NCBI GenBank assembly: GCA_903911145.1
Contig: CAIWCD010000003.1
Coordinates: 642-64,641, forward strand
Source of the DNA: an uncultured delta proteobacterium
GTDB lineage: Bacteria > Myxococcota > Myxococcia > Myxococcales > 40CM-4-68-19
Length of the DNA: 64,000 bases
Reading direction: 5' to 3'
Shown here: piece by piece, positions 25,911-35,532 of the stretch
How the letters are laid out: the number at the start of each line of letters is the position of its first letter
Numbering within the stretch: the first letter of the stretch is position 1
The notes under the pieces: model-generated
Told to the model about the DNA's origin: nothing
Seen by the model: only the letters and a program-made list of their open reading frames with translations
Databases searched by the model: none
Translations under genes and position numbers: made by a program

Positions 25911-28900
25911 GCGCCGTCTCGAGGAAAGCAGAGGATGACCGACTTGCAGAGCGGCGCCGCCTCCTGCGCGATGCGGACGTGGCCTTGCCACTCGCGGACG
26001 AGATCGCGCACCAGCGCCAGCCCCCGTCCTCCCTCTCGGGCTGCGATCGCCTCGAGCGTCAGCGGCAGCGGCGAGGAGTCAGCGATGTGCAGCTCCGCCA
26101 CGATCCGACCCGCAGCGTCCTCCACTTCGCGCACGCGGACGAGCAGGTGTGGCGCGGGCGAGCGCGCGGCGGCCGCTTCGGCATTGCGCAGCAGATTCGC
26201 GAACAGACCAGAGAGCGCTTCCTCCGAGACGGGAAACGCGACCTCGAGACCTTGCAGCTCGAGCGCGGGCGCGACGAAGGGAGAACCGGATGCGCGAAGC
26301 TCGGCCTCGATGCCGCGGATCCAGTCGGTCAGCCTGCGACCATCGAGTTGCGTGCGCGGCCCCATCCGCAGAAGCGCGCCGAGCCGCTCCCCGTGCGTAC
26401 GAACGCGCGAGGCCACCGCGCGGATGCGCGCATCGCCCGGCCCTTCCGGCTTCTCGAGCTGCGCCTCGGCCAGTCGCAGATCGCGCCAGAGCGCGCCAAA
26501 CACCGGCTCGCGCCAGAGTGGACGCAGCGCGAGCCGACTCGCCTTCATCACGTTCGAGTAGGCGTCGGAGATCTGCTGCGACGCTGGCCGACCGCCGGCG
26601 AGCGAACGCGCGATCTCCGCTCTGGGCGCGGTCCCCAGCATCGCCAGCGCACTCGCGCGGTGCTTGAGCGCGTCGTGGCGAACCTCGGCCACCGCGCGCA
26701 CCACTGCAGGAAACAGAGAGGGATCGCGCAAGAGCGCCTTCTCGAGTGTGGAGCCGCGAACGAGCAGGAGGAAGAGTGCGGCCATCGCGGCGAGCACCAA
26801 CGCGGCCGCGCCGAACAGGCGCGTGCGCCGCTTCTCGGCGGCGACCAGATGAACTGCGTCGAGCCGCTGCTGCAGCGCGCGCGCGCCGGCGAGACCTGGC
26901 TCGATGAAGCCGGGCGCGGCTGGCGCGGACAGAAAGGCAGTCACTGCCGCGAGCGCCTCGTCGTTGCGACCAGCGGCCGCGAGAACACGGGCCTGCGCGA
27001 GCTGTGCCGCGGGGATCTCTGCGTGCGCTGCGCTCTCGAGAAGTGCTGCCGTGCGCGCCGGACCGATGAGCGCGTCGACCGGCGCACGCGCGGCCGCGCG
27101 GGAGAAGCGCAGCAGCGTTTCGCGCTCGCCGGGGGCGCGCTCCAGTGCAGCCTGGTAACAGCCGAGAGCGAGAACAATCTCGCCGTGCAGATCATTGGCG
27201 ATGCCGAGCGCGAGCAGCTCGTCGGCATCGGCCGGCGCAGAAGCACCAATGCAGGCGCCGCCCAGCGACGCGAGCAGCTGCGCAGGCTGGCCGTCTGCGA
27301 GCTGCGCGCGCGCGAGCCGCATCGCCGGACTCTCTGCCTGCGCGGAGACCAATCGCGCGCGCAGCGCCTGCACCTCATCGGGATGATCGAGCGCCTCGCC
27401 CGCAGCGACCGCAGCCGAGAGATCCTCCAGAGCCAGGGCCGCGCTCCCTTCGCTTGCCCGCAGTCGTGCGCGCAGCAGACGCGCCTCTGCGTTTCCCAGT
27501 TCGGCCGCTCGCTCAATCCAGTGGCGGGCCAGCGCTGCAGCCGCAGAAGCGTCTCGCGCCTCCTTTGCGTCGCTCCCCGCGTCGGAGCCCACCCTCCCGT
27601 CTCGCGCGGACTCCGGCGACTCCGCACTCTCTGGCGAGCGGAGCGATTCACGGAGCGCTGCGCCTTGCACCGCCGCTGCAAGCCGCACCAGCCCCGCGCC
27701 ATCCGCGTCGAGTGCACGCGCGGTCTCGTCGGGAGCCGGCCCACCGAGCACCCAGCGCAGCGCCGCCGCCTCGACCAGCGTGGGTGAATCGATCAGCGCG
27801 CGCTCGAGCAGGCCCAGCGCGGCCGAGCGATTTCCCGCCGCCTCCTGCTCCTTTGCCTCGCGCATCAACTGGCGACCCAGCGGAGTCGGTTCCGGTGCAG
27901 CCGTCCGCTCCTCGGGAGCCGTCTCCTGCTGCGTGCGGGCAGTGGCGAGAAGCGCGGAGAGTGGCGCGGGGAGCGGCTCTGCGCGCGCGGCGAGTTCGCG
28001 CTGCACATTCCCCAGTGCACGCAGAGCCTCCTGCGAATGGCCTGCTCTCAAGAGCAGCCGCGCACGGGCAGCCCACAGCTCGCTCCACGCCGGCTCGAGC
28101 GCGAGTGCACGCTGCAGCGCCTCGTCCGCACGCTGCGCCTCGAAGGGTCCACCGTGCTCGGCCAGCGTCTCGCCCAGAAGCCGCCACGCGCCGGCGTGCA
28201 GCGGGTCGAGCCGCAGCAGCGACTCAAGCGCCGCGACTGCGTCGTCGAGGCGGCCCTGGGCGATCAGCGCGCGCGAGGCCAGCCAGCGCGGACCGCGCCA
28301 TCCTGGATGCAGAGAGGAGAGGCGGCGCGCCTCGGCGAGAGCGGTCGACGGATCGCGCGCGAGTTCGCGCTCAGCTTGATCGAGCGCGGTCGCGAACTCG
28401 ACGCTGATCGAGGGCTCTGGCCACGCGTCAATCGCGCTCGACCGGGTGCGCTCCGCCTCGCCCGCATCGATCGACTGCGTAAGCGCCTGCGCCCGGCGCG
28501 CCTGTGCCGCAGAGAGCGAAAGGCCTCTCGCCGCATCGATGCGGGCACGCGCCGCCGCGTGATTCCCTGCACTCTCCTCGACGCCAGCGAGTGCGAGCAG
28601 AATTCCCGCGCGCCCGTTGCGCCCGTTCGGCGTGCTCTTCGCCTGGCGTGCGAGTCCGCTCTCCAGCAGCCGCACCAGACCCTCCTTCTCCTCGCGCGAG
28701 AGCGGATGCGCGCTCTTCATCGCGGCGAGATTTGCGTAGGCATACCAGCGCGCGGGCTCAAGTTTGATGGCCCGCCGGAACATCTGCTCGGCGTCAACTG
28801 CGCGGCCAAGCCGCTGGTAGGCGATGCCAAGATCAGTGGCGATCGCCGCATTCGTCGGCGCGTGCGTGAGCTCTCCTTCGAGCAGCGCCGCAGCCTCGCC

Positions 28901-29017
28901 CGGCTTGCCGCTTCCAAGCAGCCGCACCGCTCGCGCAGCCGCGGGACTTGCGCGCACCATGACTGGCGCGATGGCCACCAGCGCGGCCGCGAGAGCGATC
29001 GATCGCGCACGCATCAC
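25907..29017 (-). CDS. TPR-repeat sensor histidine kinase (signal peptide, long TPR region, one TM, C-terminal HATPase_c)
   Basis: The N-terminus MMRARSIALAAALVAIAPVMVRASPAAA is signal-like. It has about 700 aa of Ala/Leu/Arg-rich TPR-like helices, a TM helix LFGAAALVLAAMAALFLLLV, an H-box-like EVRHDALKHRASALAML, an N-box LFANLLRNA and a G-box GGRGLALVRDLV. Confidence 0.8.
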   Translation of the reverse strand: MMRARSIALAAALVAIAPVMVRASPAAARAVRLLGSGKPGEAAALLEGELTHAPTNAAIATDLGIAYQRLGRAVDAEQMFRRAIKLEPARWYAYANLAAMKSAHPLSREEKEGLVRLLESGLARQAKSTPNGRNGRAGILLALAGVEESAGNHAAARARIDAARGLSLSAAQARRAQALTQSIDAGEAERTRSSAIDAWPEPSISVEFATALDQAERELARDPSTALAEARRLSSLHPGWRGPRWLASRALIAQGRLDDAVAALESLLRLDPLHAGAWRLLGETLAEHGGPFEAQRADEALQRALALEPAWSELWAARARLLLRAGHSQEALRALGNVQRELAARAEPLPAPLSALLATARTQQETAPEERTAAPEPTPLGRQLMREAKEQEAAGNRSAALGLLERALIDSPTLVEAAALRWVLGGPAPDETARALDADGAGLVRLAAAVQGAALRESLRSPESAESPESARDGRVGSDAGSDAKEARDASAAAALARHWIERAAELGNAEARLLRARLRASEGSAALALEDLSAAVAAGEALDHPDEVQALRARLVSAQAESPAMRLARAQLADGQPAQLLASLGGACIGASAPADADELLALGIANDLHGEIVLALGCYQAALERAPGERETLLRFSRAAARAPVDALIGPARTAALLESAAHAEIPAAQLAQARVLAAAGRNDEALAAVTAFLSAPAAPGFIEPGLAGARALQQRLDAVHLVAAEKRRTRLFGAAALVLAAMAALFLLLVRGSTLEKALLRDPSLFPAVVRAVAEVRHDALKHRASALAMLGTAPRAEIARSLAGGRPASQQISDAYSNVMKASRLALRPLWREPVFGALWRDLRLAEAQLEKPEGPGDARIRAVASRVRTHGERLGALLRMGPRTQLDGRRLTDWIRGIEAELRASGSPFVAPALELQGLEVAFPVSEEALSGLFANLLRNAEAAAARSPAPHLLVRVREVEDAAGRIVAELHIADSSPLPLTLEAIAAREGGRGLALVRDLVREWQGHVRIAQEAAPLCKSVILCFPRDGA

Positions 29018-30765
29018 GAGCCGGCTCCGCGAAGATCGCGCACGCGGATGCCGAGCTGGTTCATCCGCAAATGCACCTGCCGCGCCGTTGCGCCCGCGCC
29101 GAGCAGCTCCCTCCCCACCGCCTCCAGATCGCCCTCGTGCTCATCGAAAAGCGCGCGCAGATACTGCCGCTCCACTTCTGCCGAGACCTCGGCGAACGAC
29201 GTCTGCGCCGCGAGCTGAACCTCGACCGCGCGACCACCACCGGACCGCGCACGCGTCTTGAGCCGTGCACCCGAGGCCCGCCGCGGCGCGATGAGCTGGG
29301 CAATCAGAGCATCGGAGAGCTGGAGGATCGCGGGCGCGCGTGGCGAGAGATCAGCGCGCGGCCTGTCTGGGCGCGGCTGCGCGCTGTCGGGCTCGGTCGC
29401 ATCGAGCGCGAGCGAGAGCGCCGAGACGAGCGCATTGATCGCGAGCAGGCGCAGCTCGCGGTGATTGCCGGGCCAGGCGTGCCGCTCGAGGTGCTGCAAC
29501 GAATCGCGAGAGAGAAAGACCGCGAACGCATCGCGCGGAGCGACGCGCACCGAGGGCCGGCCGAACGCGACGAGGCTGTGCTCCTCGACGAAATCCTCCG
29601 GCGTCGGACAGCGCGCGAGGTACTGGCGCACCAGCGGCCGCAGCGCCTGGCTGCGCAGCGCCTCGAGAAGCGCAAAGCGAAGCAGCTCTGGAAGATCCTC
29701 GCGCCGCTCACGCAGCGGCGGCACATGCAGCCGCATCGCCGGGTTCAGGCGCATGTAGAGGTCCTGCCGAAACCGTCCCTGCGCAACCAGCGCTGCGAGA
29801 TCCTGGTTGGTGGCGGCGATCAATCTCGGCTGTGCACTGCGTGGCTTTGCGTCACCCAGCCGCACAACCGTTCCGCGCTCGAGGACGAGGAGCAGTTGCC
29901 GCTGCAGGTCGAGATCGAGGTTGCCGATCTCGTCGAGAAAGAGCGTTCCCTCGTGGGCCTGCTCGAAGACGCCAGCGTGATCCTCGGTCGCTCCGGTGTA
30001 GGCGCCGCGCCGCGCGCCGAACAGGTGCGCAGGCAGCAGGTCCGCAGGAACAGTCGAGAGGTCGGTCACGACGAGCGGCCCCCGCACACCCGAGCGTGCG
30101 TGCAGCACATGCTCCGCGAGGAAGCTCTTGCCGCATCCGGTCTCGCCCTCGATCAGCACCGGCAGCGGCGAGCGCACGAGCAGCCGCATCTGGCGGCGCA
30201 GCTCGGCCATCGCGCGGCTCTTGCCCCAGAAGACCTCGCCGTCCTGCGCGCGGTGGTGCAGTTCGAGCGCGCGCGTGATCTCGGCGGCGAGCGTGCGGCT
30301 GTCGACCACCTCGTTCTCGCAGAGATAGACGAGCGGATCGCGCGCATCGGCGTGCCCGAGTTCCTCCGCGGTGGTCGTCAGCAGCACCACCGGCAGCGCT
30401 GGAAAACGAGTGCGCAGCCTCTCCAGAATGTAGAGTCCCTGCCTCCGCCGCAGTTGCTCGATCGCCTGCGCGCGCGCCCGTCCTGCGCCAAGGAGCGACT
30501 TGTCGTCGGGCAGCAGCCGCTCTTCTGGCAGCGCAAAATGGAGGTCGAGCACCACCAGATCGGGCAGCGGCCCCTGCGCCGCGAGCGCACTCTCGGCCTC
30601 CTGCCAGTCGTGCGCGCAGCGCAGCGTGCAGCCGCGCTCACGTTCTTCGCAGACCTGGCAAGGAATGCTCTTTCCGCAGCGGGTGACGGTGTCGAACTGC
30701 GGCAGGCGGCGCTGCAGCATATCGATGGTCTGGTCGCGATCGTCGATGACAAAGAGGCGCGGCAT
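29014..30765 (-). CDS. sigma-54-dependent transcriptional activator (NtrC family) with Cys-cluster-containing receiver-like N-domain
   Basis: The AAA+ core has GETGCGKS, DEIGNLDLDLQRQLLLVL and ESELFG-like GAFTGA-region motifs (FGARRGAYTGATEDHAGVFEQA). A C-terminal HTH is present. The N-domain carries C-x5-C-x2-C-x6-C-x3-C. The stop overlaps the kinase start. Confidence 0.9.
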   Translation of the reverse strand: MPRLFVIDDRDQTIDMLQRRLPQFDTVTRCGKSIPCQVCEERERGCTLRCAHDWQEAESALAAQGPLPDLVVLDLHFALPEERLLPDDKSLLGAGRARAQAIEQLRRRQGLYILERLRTRFPALPVVLLTTTAEELGHADARDPLVYLCENEVVDSRTLAAEITRALELHHRAQDGEVFWGKSRAMAELRRQMRLLVRSPLPVLIEGETGCGKSFLAEHVLHARSGVRGPLVVTDLSTVPADLLPAHLFGARRGAYTGATEDHAGVFEQAHEGTLFLDEIGNLDLDLQRQLLLVLERGTVVRLGDAKPRSAQPRLIAATNQDLAALVAQGRFRQDLYMRLNPAMRLHVPPLRERREDLPELLRFALLEALRSQALRPLVRQYLARCPTPEDFVEEHSLVAFGRPSVRVAPRDAFAVFLSRDSLQHLERHAWPGNHRELRLLAINALVSALSLALDATEPDSAQPRPDRPRADLSPRAPAILQLSDALIAQLIAPRRASGARLKTRARSGGGRAVEVQLAAQTSFAEVSAEVERQYLRALFDEHEGDLEAVGRELLGAGATARQVHLRMNQLGIRVRDLRGAGS

Positions 30766-30768
30766 CGC

Positions 30769-31155
30769 TCAGCCCCGCTTCGCAGGCGTGGGTCCGGAAA
30801 GCTCCGCGGTGAGCGCGGCAAAGAGCGCCTCGAGGCGCAGAACCTTGCCCAGCGCGGGCGCGAGCGGATGAGGAGCCGACGCGGCGGCCATCGCCTCCTC
30901 CAGCGCGTGGGCGAACTGGTCGAGGGAAGCTGCGGAGAGCGCCGCTGGCGCGCTGGTGCGCAACTCGGCGAAGAGCGCGCGCGCATCGCAGCGGCTTCCA
31001 TCCTCAGCGCAGAGCGCGAACAGGCCCTCGCGCAGCGCCTGCAGATCGCGCGGAGTCGGTGACCTTGCGCTCTCTAGCAACTCGGAAATGTCGCGCGCCG
31101 GCCAGAGAGCCCGCTTGAGCAGATCGTGCCGCAGCCGCGAAAGCCAGGGGTGCAT
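30769..31155 (-). CDS. hypothetical protein (128 aa) immediately upstream of the activator gene
   Basis: GC3-biased. It ends 3 nt before the activator start. No domain recognised. Confidence 0.4.
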   Translation of the reverse strand: MHPWLSRLRHDLLKRALWPARDISELLESARSPTPRDLQALREGLFALCAEDGSRCDARALFAELRTSAPAALSAASLDQFAHALEEAMAAASAPHPLAPALGKVLRLEALFAALTAELSGPTPAKRG

Positions 31156-31421
31156 GGCTCACGACTCTACTCTTTATAGACTTTGATTCATAGCCTTCCT
31201 GGCTTCCGGCACTGCCGCGCGGCGCCCCATCTCTCGGCACGCGCTTTCCCGTCGCTGCGTCCGGAAGTGGCACGGGCCGTGAAGAAGAGCTTCGGCGTCC
31301 CCTCGTGCTTCCCTTCCCTCGGAGTCATCCCGTGCTGCGTCGAATCCTCGCCTCGCTCAGTTCCTCCACCCGCTCACTCGCATCCGCTCTTCACACCCGC
31401 GCCACCGTCGCTGCGCTGGCG

Positions 31422-32669
31422 ATGCACAGCGCTCTCTCGTCGCCCTGGAGTCGCGCGCTGCTGCTCGGCGCGGCGCTCATCGGCGGGCTGCTTTTCAAGC
31501 CTCCCGTCCGCACGCTGATGCCCGGCGAAGTCGCGCTGCGCATCAGCCGGCTCACTGGCGATCTGCGCCTCTTTCGCGAAGGGGCGGTGCTCTGCGTTCC
31601 GCTCATCCACGAGCTGCGCCGCTACTCGCTGCGCGATCAGATCTCGCGCCTCGACAAGGCCGCGAGCGCGACCTCGCAGGAGCCGTTCCAGTCGATCGAG
31701 GGGCTGCCCATCGGAATGCGCGTGACCGCGCGCTGGGCGCTCGACCCCGATCGCATCCTCGCCTCGGCGCGGCGGCTTCCCGAGAACATCGGCGTCGATC
31801 TGATCGAGCCGGAGGTCGACGAAGTGCTGCGTCGCTCACTCGCGAAGAGCACCGTGCGCGAGATCTTCGCCGGCAAGCGGCTCGAACTGGAGATGGCCGC
31901 ACTCGATGAAGTCCGCGCCCGGCTTGCGCCGGAAGGGATCCAGCTCAAGTCGCTCTCGCTCGGCTCGATCGATCTGCCAGACGAGTATCGAAAAGGGCTG
32001 CAGGGTCTGCTCACCGATGAGCTGGCCGTCGATCGCACGAAGGAGACGCTCGCGCTCAAGAAGTCGGAGATCGAGCAGAGCCTGCTCGAGGCGAGGGCGG
32101 AGAAGGCGCGGCGCGAGACGACTGCCGAGGCGGCGGCGGCCGAAGAGATGATCGCGGCGCGCTCGCACGCGGAGGCGATGAAGCACGTCCTGCCTCTCAA
32201 GCAGAAGGAGATCGAGCAGCGGCGGCTCGAGGCCGAGGCGCGCGGCGTGGAGAAGAAGCGCGACGCGCAGTCGAGCGCGGAGGCGCGGCTGATCGAGGCG
32301 GGCGCTGAGTCGTCGGCGCGCAAGCAGCTCGCGGAGGCGGACGCGTACAAGATCGAGGTGACCGGCAAGGTGCAGAGCGAGCAGTACGAGCGCGATGCGG
32401 CGGTGCTCACGCGCAATCCGCTGCTGGTGCAGAAGGCGTTCGCCGAGAAGATGGGCGAGCACCTCCAGGTCGTGGTCGCGCCGCCTTCGATGGGAGGGTT
32501 CTTCGCGGCGAACCTTCTCGGCGGCGCAGCGGCCAGAGCTGCACCGCGGGAACGAGGCGGCTCAGCGGCGAGGGGACTGGCAGACGCAGGATCCGCGGAT
32601 GATGATGAGTATGACAACGGGTACGACAACGCGACGGATGGTCCGGTCGCGCGCGGAGACAAGCGATGA
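31422..32669 (+). CDS. SPFH/band-7 (prohibitin/HflK-like) membrane protein
   Basis: An N-terminal TM helix (SRALLLGAALIGGLLF) is followed by an SPFH core (VALRISRLTGDLRLFREGAVLCVPLIHELRRYSLRDQ...) and a long charged coiled-coil tail. The start was moved to the ATG at 31422. Confidence 0.85.
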   Translation: MHSALSSPWSRALLLGAALIGGLLFKPPVRTLMPGEVALRISRLTGDLRLFREGAVLCVPLIHELRRYSLRDQISRLDKAASATSQEPFQSIEGLPIGMRVTARWALDPDRILASARRLPENIGVDLIEPEVDEVLRRSLAKSTVREIFAGKRLELEMAALDEVRARLAPEGIQLKSLSLGSIDLPDEYRKGLQGLLTDELAVDRTKETLALKKSEIEQSLLEARAEKARRETTAEAAAAEEMIAARSHAEAMKHVLPLKQKEIEQRRLEAEARGVEKKRDAQSSAEARLIEAGAESSARKQLAEADAYKIEVTGKVQSEQYERDAAVLTRNPLLVQKAFAEKMGEHLQVVVAPPSMGGFFAANLLGGAAARAAPRERGGSAARGLADAGSADDDEYDNGYDNATDGPVARGDKR

Positions 32670-34258
32670 GCCCGCGCGCAATCTGGATGGCCGCGACGAT
32701 CGCCGTCTCCCTTCTCGGCGCGAATCCGCTGCATGCCGAAGAGCGCGCGTCTTTTCTGGGCACGGACGAGGAGCTCGCCATCGTCGTTGACCCCGCGATC
32801 GCGCTGCGCGCCTCTGCCCGCGCCGCCGCGCCCGTCCAGGCCCAGCTTGCACGCGGCGATCTCCTCGAGGTGCGCGGCGCGGTTCCCGGCTACCTGCGCG
32901 TCTACGATCATCGCCGCGAGCGGCCGGGCTTCGTGCGGCCGTCGCAGGTGCGCCGCTACCCGCGCGGTCCGGCGGCGATCCCGCAGCTCACAGCCGTGGC
33001 GCTCTTCCTGCGCGATCAGCCCGGCAGCGAGGAGCTGGGGATCGCCTACGCGACGCTCGCCCGCACGCTCGGCGCCGACGCCTTGTCGGCAGGTGCAAGC
33101 GATGCCGGAGTCACGCGGCCCGCACTGGGCGCGGCCGATCCGCTCGACGATGCAATCGCAGCGATGACCGATCGCCTCGCTCGGCGGGCGTCGCAGGCGC
33201 GGGCTGTTCCCGATCCATCTCTCGCGATCGCGCTCGATTCGGTGGCGGCGCACGGCGTGAAGCTCGTCGCACTCGAGCGCGACGGCCATGTCGTCTACTG
33301 CAGCGAGGGTGAGGCCGAGGCGCGTGCGTTGGCGCATGGCGATGCGAGCGAGCGTGCCCGCGCGGCGCTCCTTCTCACGCAGGCCCGCTGCGGAGATCCG
33401 AGCGCACCGCCAAATCGGCAGCTGGAGTGGAACGAGTGGCGCGCGCGCATCGCGTGCAGCACGGAGGCCTCCGAGGCCGCGCCAGAGCTGGGCGTGAAGC
33501 TGCGCCTGCGTCGCGCCGAGATCTGGTCGCAGCTCGCATTTCTGCGCGCGAGCGATGAGCAGATCGAGGCGGCCCTCTCTGCGCAGCGTGAGCTCGCGCT
33601 GGCCGATCGCACGCTGCTTGCCGAAGACGATCAGGCGCAGTTCGACGAGGCCTCCGTTCGAGTTTCCGCCGCGCGTTGGCCGGCAGCGAACGAACTCTCA
33701 ACCGCACACGACTCCGGTGCGCTCGGCTTGGCCGAGGCACGAACTCCTGGATTTCGCCTGCGGCGAGCGCCCAGCCTTGGCCGTGGCGGCGTCGAACTGT
33801 TCACCCAGAGCGCTGCCAACGCAGACGCAGGCCGGGCGCTGGTCTCGACGCCGAGCAGCGCGGTGCCGCAGCTCTCCTCATTCGACTCAAGCCCCGGCGG
33901 CCACGCGGCCGCGCTCGTCGTGCAGCCGCTCGCATCGTGGAGCGAACTGTGGGTCTTCCACCCGGTCAAGCTGGGCCGCGGCAAGAGCGCGACGACTTCG
34001 TGGGTGCGCTCCGTGCTGGTGCCCGCCGCCATTGAACCCGGCGTCGGCTCTGTCGAGTGCGCGGGCTTCACGCCGAAGGGGAAGTCGATGCTGGTGGTGC
34101 GCCAGGCGATGGTGAACGGGAAGCTTCAGCGCAGTTTCCAGGAGCTCTCGCTCGACACGCTGCGCGTGGTTGCGCAGTCCGATCACGTCGAAGGGGTGCG
34201 CGCGTTCGGACGCTGGGCCTCGCCGCAGTGGCGCGCGCAGACCACGGCGCTTCGCTGA
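32666..34258 (+). CDS. secreted hypothetical protein (530 aa, signal peptide), translationally coupled to SPFH gene
   Basis: The N-terminus MSPRAIWMAATIAVSLLGANPLHA is signal-like. ATGA overlaps at 32666-32669. Confidence 0.6.
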   Translation: MSPRAIWMAATIAVSLLGANPLHAEERASFLGTDEELAIVVDPAIALRASARAAAPVQAQLARGDLLEVRGAVPGYLRVYDHRRERPGFVRPSQVRRYPRGPAAIPQLTAVALFLRDQPGSEELGIAYATLARTLGADALSAGASDAGVTRPALGAADPLDDAIAAMTDRLARRASQARAVPDPSLAIALDSVAAHGVKLVALERDGHVVYCSEGEAEARALAHGDASERARAALLLTQARCGDPSAPPNRQLEWNEWRARIACSTEASEAAPELGVKLRLRRAEIWSQLAFLRASDEQIEAALSAQRELALADRTLLAEDDQAQFDEASVRVSAARWPAANELSTAHDSGALGLAEARTPGFRLRRAPSLGRGGVELFTQSAANADAGRALVSTPSSAVPQLSSFDSSPGGHAAALVVQPLASWSELWVFHPVKLGRGKSATTSWVRSVLVPAAIEPGVGSVECAGFTPKGKSMLVVRQAMVNGKLQRSFQELSLDTLRVVAQSDHVEGVRAFGRWASPQWRAQTTALR

Positions 34259-34324
34259 AGAACGCGCCGCGAGAATTGGGTTACAACGCCGCGTGCAGAG
34301 TGCCGCGACGGAGCCGACGACACG

Positions 34325-35530
34325 ATGGATGAGAGCGCGGCGACACGCCCAGACCTGCGTCGCGACGCCTTGCGACGAGCGCTGCTCATCACCGCGCTCT
34401 CGCTTGTCGCCTGGCTGACGTGGAACGGCCTGCGCACCTTCAAGCATCCCTGGGGAGATCTCTCCGGCGGCACCTATACCGATCACCTCTCGCATATGAA
34501 CGCTGCGCGCGCGTTTCCTCGCGTCGGGATCGACATCTGGCGAAAGCCGGCGATCGAGCTCTCGCGCGCGCCCAGTGCGGCCGAGCGCGCCGCGTGGCCC
34601 GCGGATGTGCACCCCGGCGGGAGCTGGAGGGGCGGCGCAACTGTCGTCGATGGCTGGCCGGCCGACAAGCCGTGGGTGACGAGCTGGGGCCAGATCCCGC
34701 GGCTCTATCCGCCCGGCGACATGCTGCTCGTCGCGCCGGTCGCGTGGCTCTACCACCAGACGAATCTCACTCTCACCGAGGCCAATCGCTGGCTCTTCGC
34801 GCTCTTCCTCATCTACGCGCACCTCGGCGTCTTCTTCATCGTGCGCGGCCTGCTCGAGGAGAATCCGCGCTCGATGCCGCTGCTCGATATCGCCGCGCTC
34901 GCCACGTACATCTACGCGCTCTTCTGGACGATGCAGGGCTTCTACGACGCGGCCGCGATCGCGCCTCTTCTCCTCTGCGCGCGATGCTTGCGAGAGCGGC
35001 GCGGCCTCGCTGCGGGCGTCGCGTACTGCGTCGCTGCGTTCCTCCATTTCCGCGCACTCTTCCTCGCCCCGTGGGCGATCTATGCGGCCTGGATCTTCAT
35101 CCACGATCGGCAGTGGCGCGACCTGCGCGCTCGCGATCTGCTCGCGCTCTTCCTCGGCCTGTTCTGCGCGGCGGCATCGCTGACTGCGCTCAAGCTTGTC
35201 TCTCCGACGCTCGCGCAGCAGGAGATCAACAACAGCGTGAACCTCTCGATCGCATCACACCACGTTGGAGCGCTCATGCTCTTCGCGCTGGTGGTGAGCA
35301 TCGCGGCCTGCGCGCTCAGCTACGCGCGCGCCTGGTTCGATCTCGCCACGCTGGCGTGGCTCACGATGATGATGCTGATGGTCAAGGAAGCGCACGAGTG
35401 GCACGTGGTGATTCTGCTCGCGTGGCTCGTCGCGCCGGTGCTGATGGTGCGCGAGAAGCGCGCGGAGCTTGTGCGCGCGGCCCGGCTCGTCTCGCTCGTC
35501 TACCTGGCCTTCATGGTCATGGTGAACTGA
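34325..35530 (+). CDS. polytopic integral membrane protein (401 aa, ~9-10 TM), unknown family
   Basis: Multiple hydrophobic helices rich in W, F and Y. The overlapping alternative frame 34420..37224 was rejected for this stretch. Confidence 0.65.
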   Translation: MDESAATRPDLRRDALRRALLITALSLVAWLTWNGLRTFKHPWGDLSGGTYTDHLSHMNAARAFPRVGIDIWRKPAIELSRAPSAAERAAWPADVHPGGSWRGGATVVDGWPADKPWVTSWGQIPRLYPPGDMLLVAPVAWLYHQTNLTLTEANRWLFALFLIYAHLGVFFIVRGLLEENPRSMPLLDIAALATYIYALFWTMQGFYDAAAIAPLLLCARCLRERRGLAAGVAYCVAAFLHFRALFLAPWAIYAAWIFIHDRQWRDLRARDLLALFLGLFCAAASLTALKLVSPTLAQQEINNSVNLSIASHHVGALMLFALVVSIAACALSYARAWFDLATLAWLTMMMLMVKEAHEWHVVILLAWLVAPVLMVREKRAELVRAARLVSLVYLAFMVMVN

Positions 35531-35532
35531 CG

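Noticed and set aside
22528-31300. Sigma-54 promoter near the enhancer-binding protein gene or the giant genes
   Set aside because: Candidate TGG..GC elements (for example tggaacggcgtcaagcg at about 22590 and tggcacgggccgtga at 31268) have wrong spacing or a wrong -12 box. None is credible by eye. A PSSM scan is needed.
25979-35104. Long Arg/Ala-rich ORFs antisense to the kinase, activator, SPFH and secreted-protein genes (25979..27787, 27145..28407, 28037..29218, 29071..31062, 30378..31001, 31637..33337, 33887..35104, 35551..36408)
   Set aside because: High-GC antisense artefacts. The chosen frames have recognisable domains (HATPase, AAA+, SPFH) or signal peptides.
34420-35532. First 370 codons of ORF 34420..37224 (934 aa)
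   Set aside because: This is an Arg-rich alternative frame that overlaps the hydrophobic membrane protein 34325..35530. Only the part from the ATG at 35533 onward is a coherent membrane protein.
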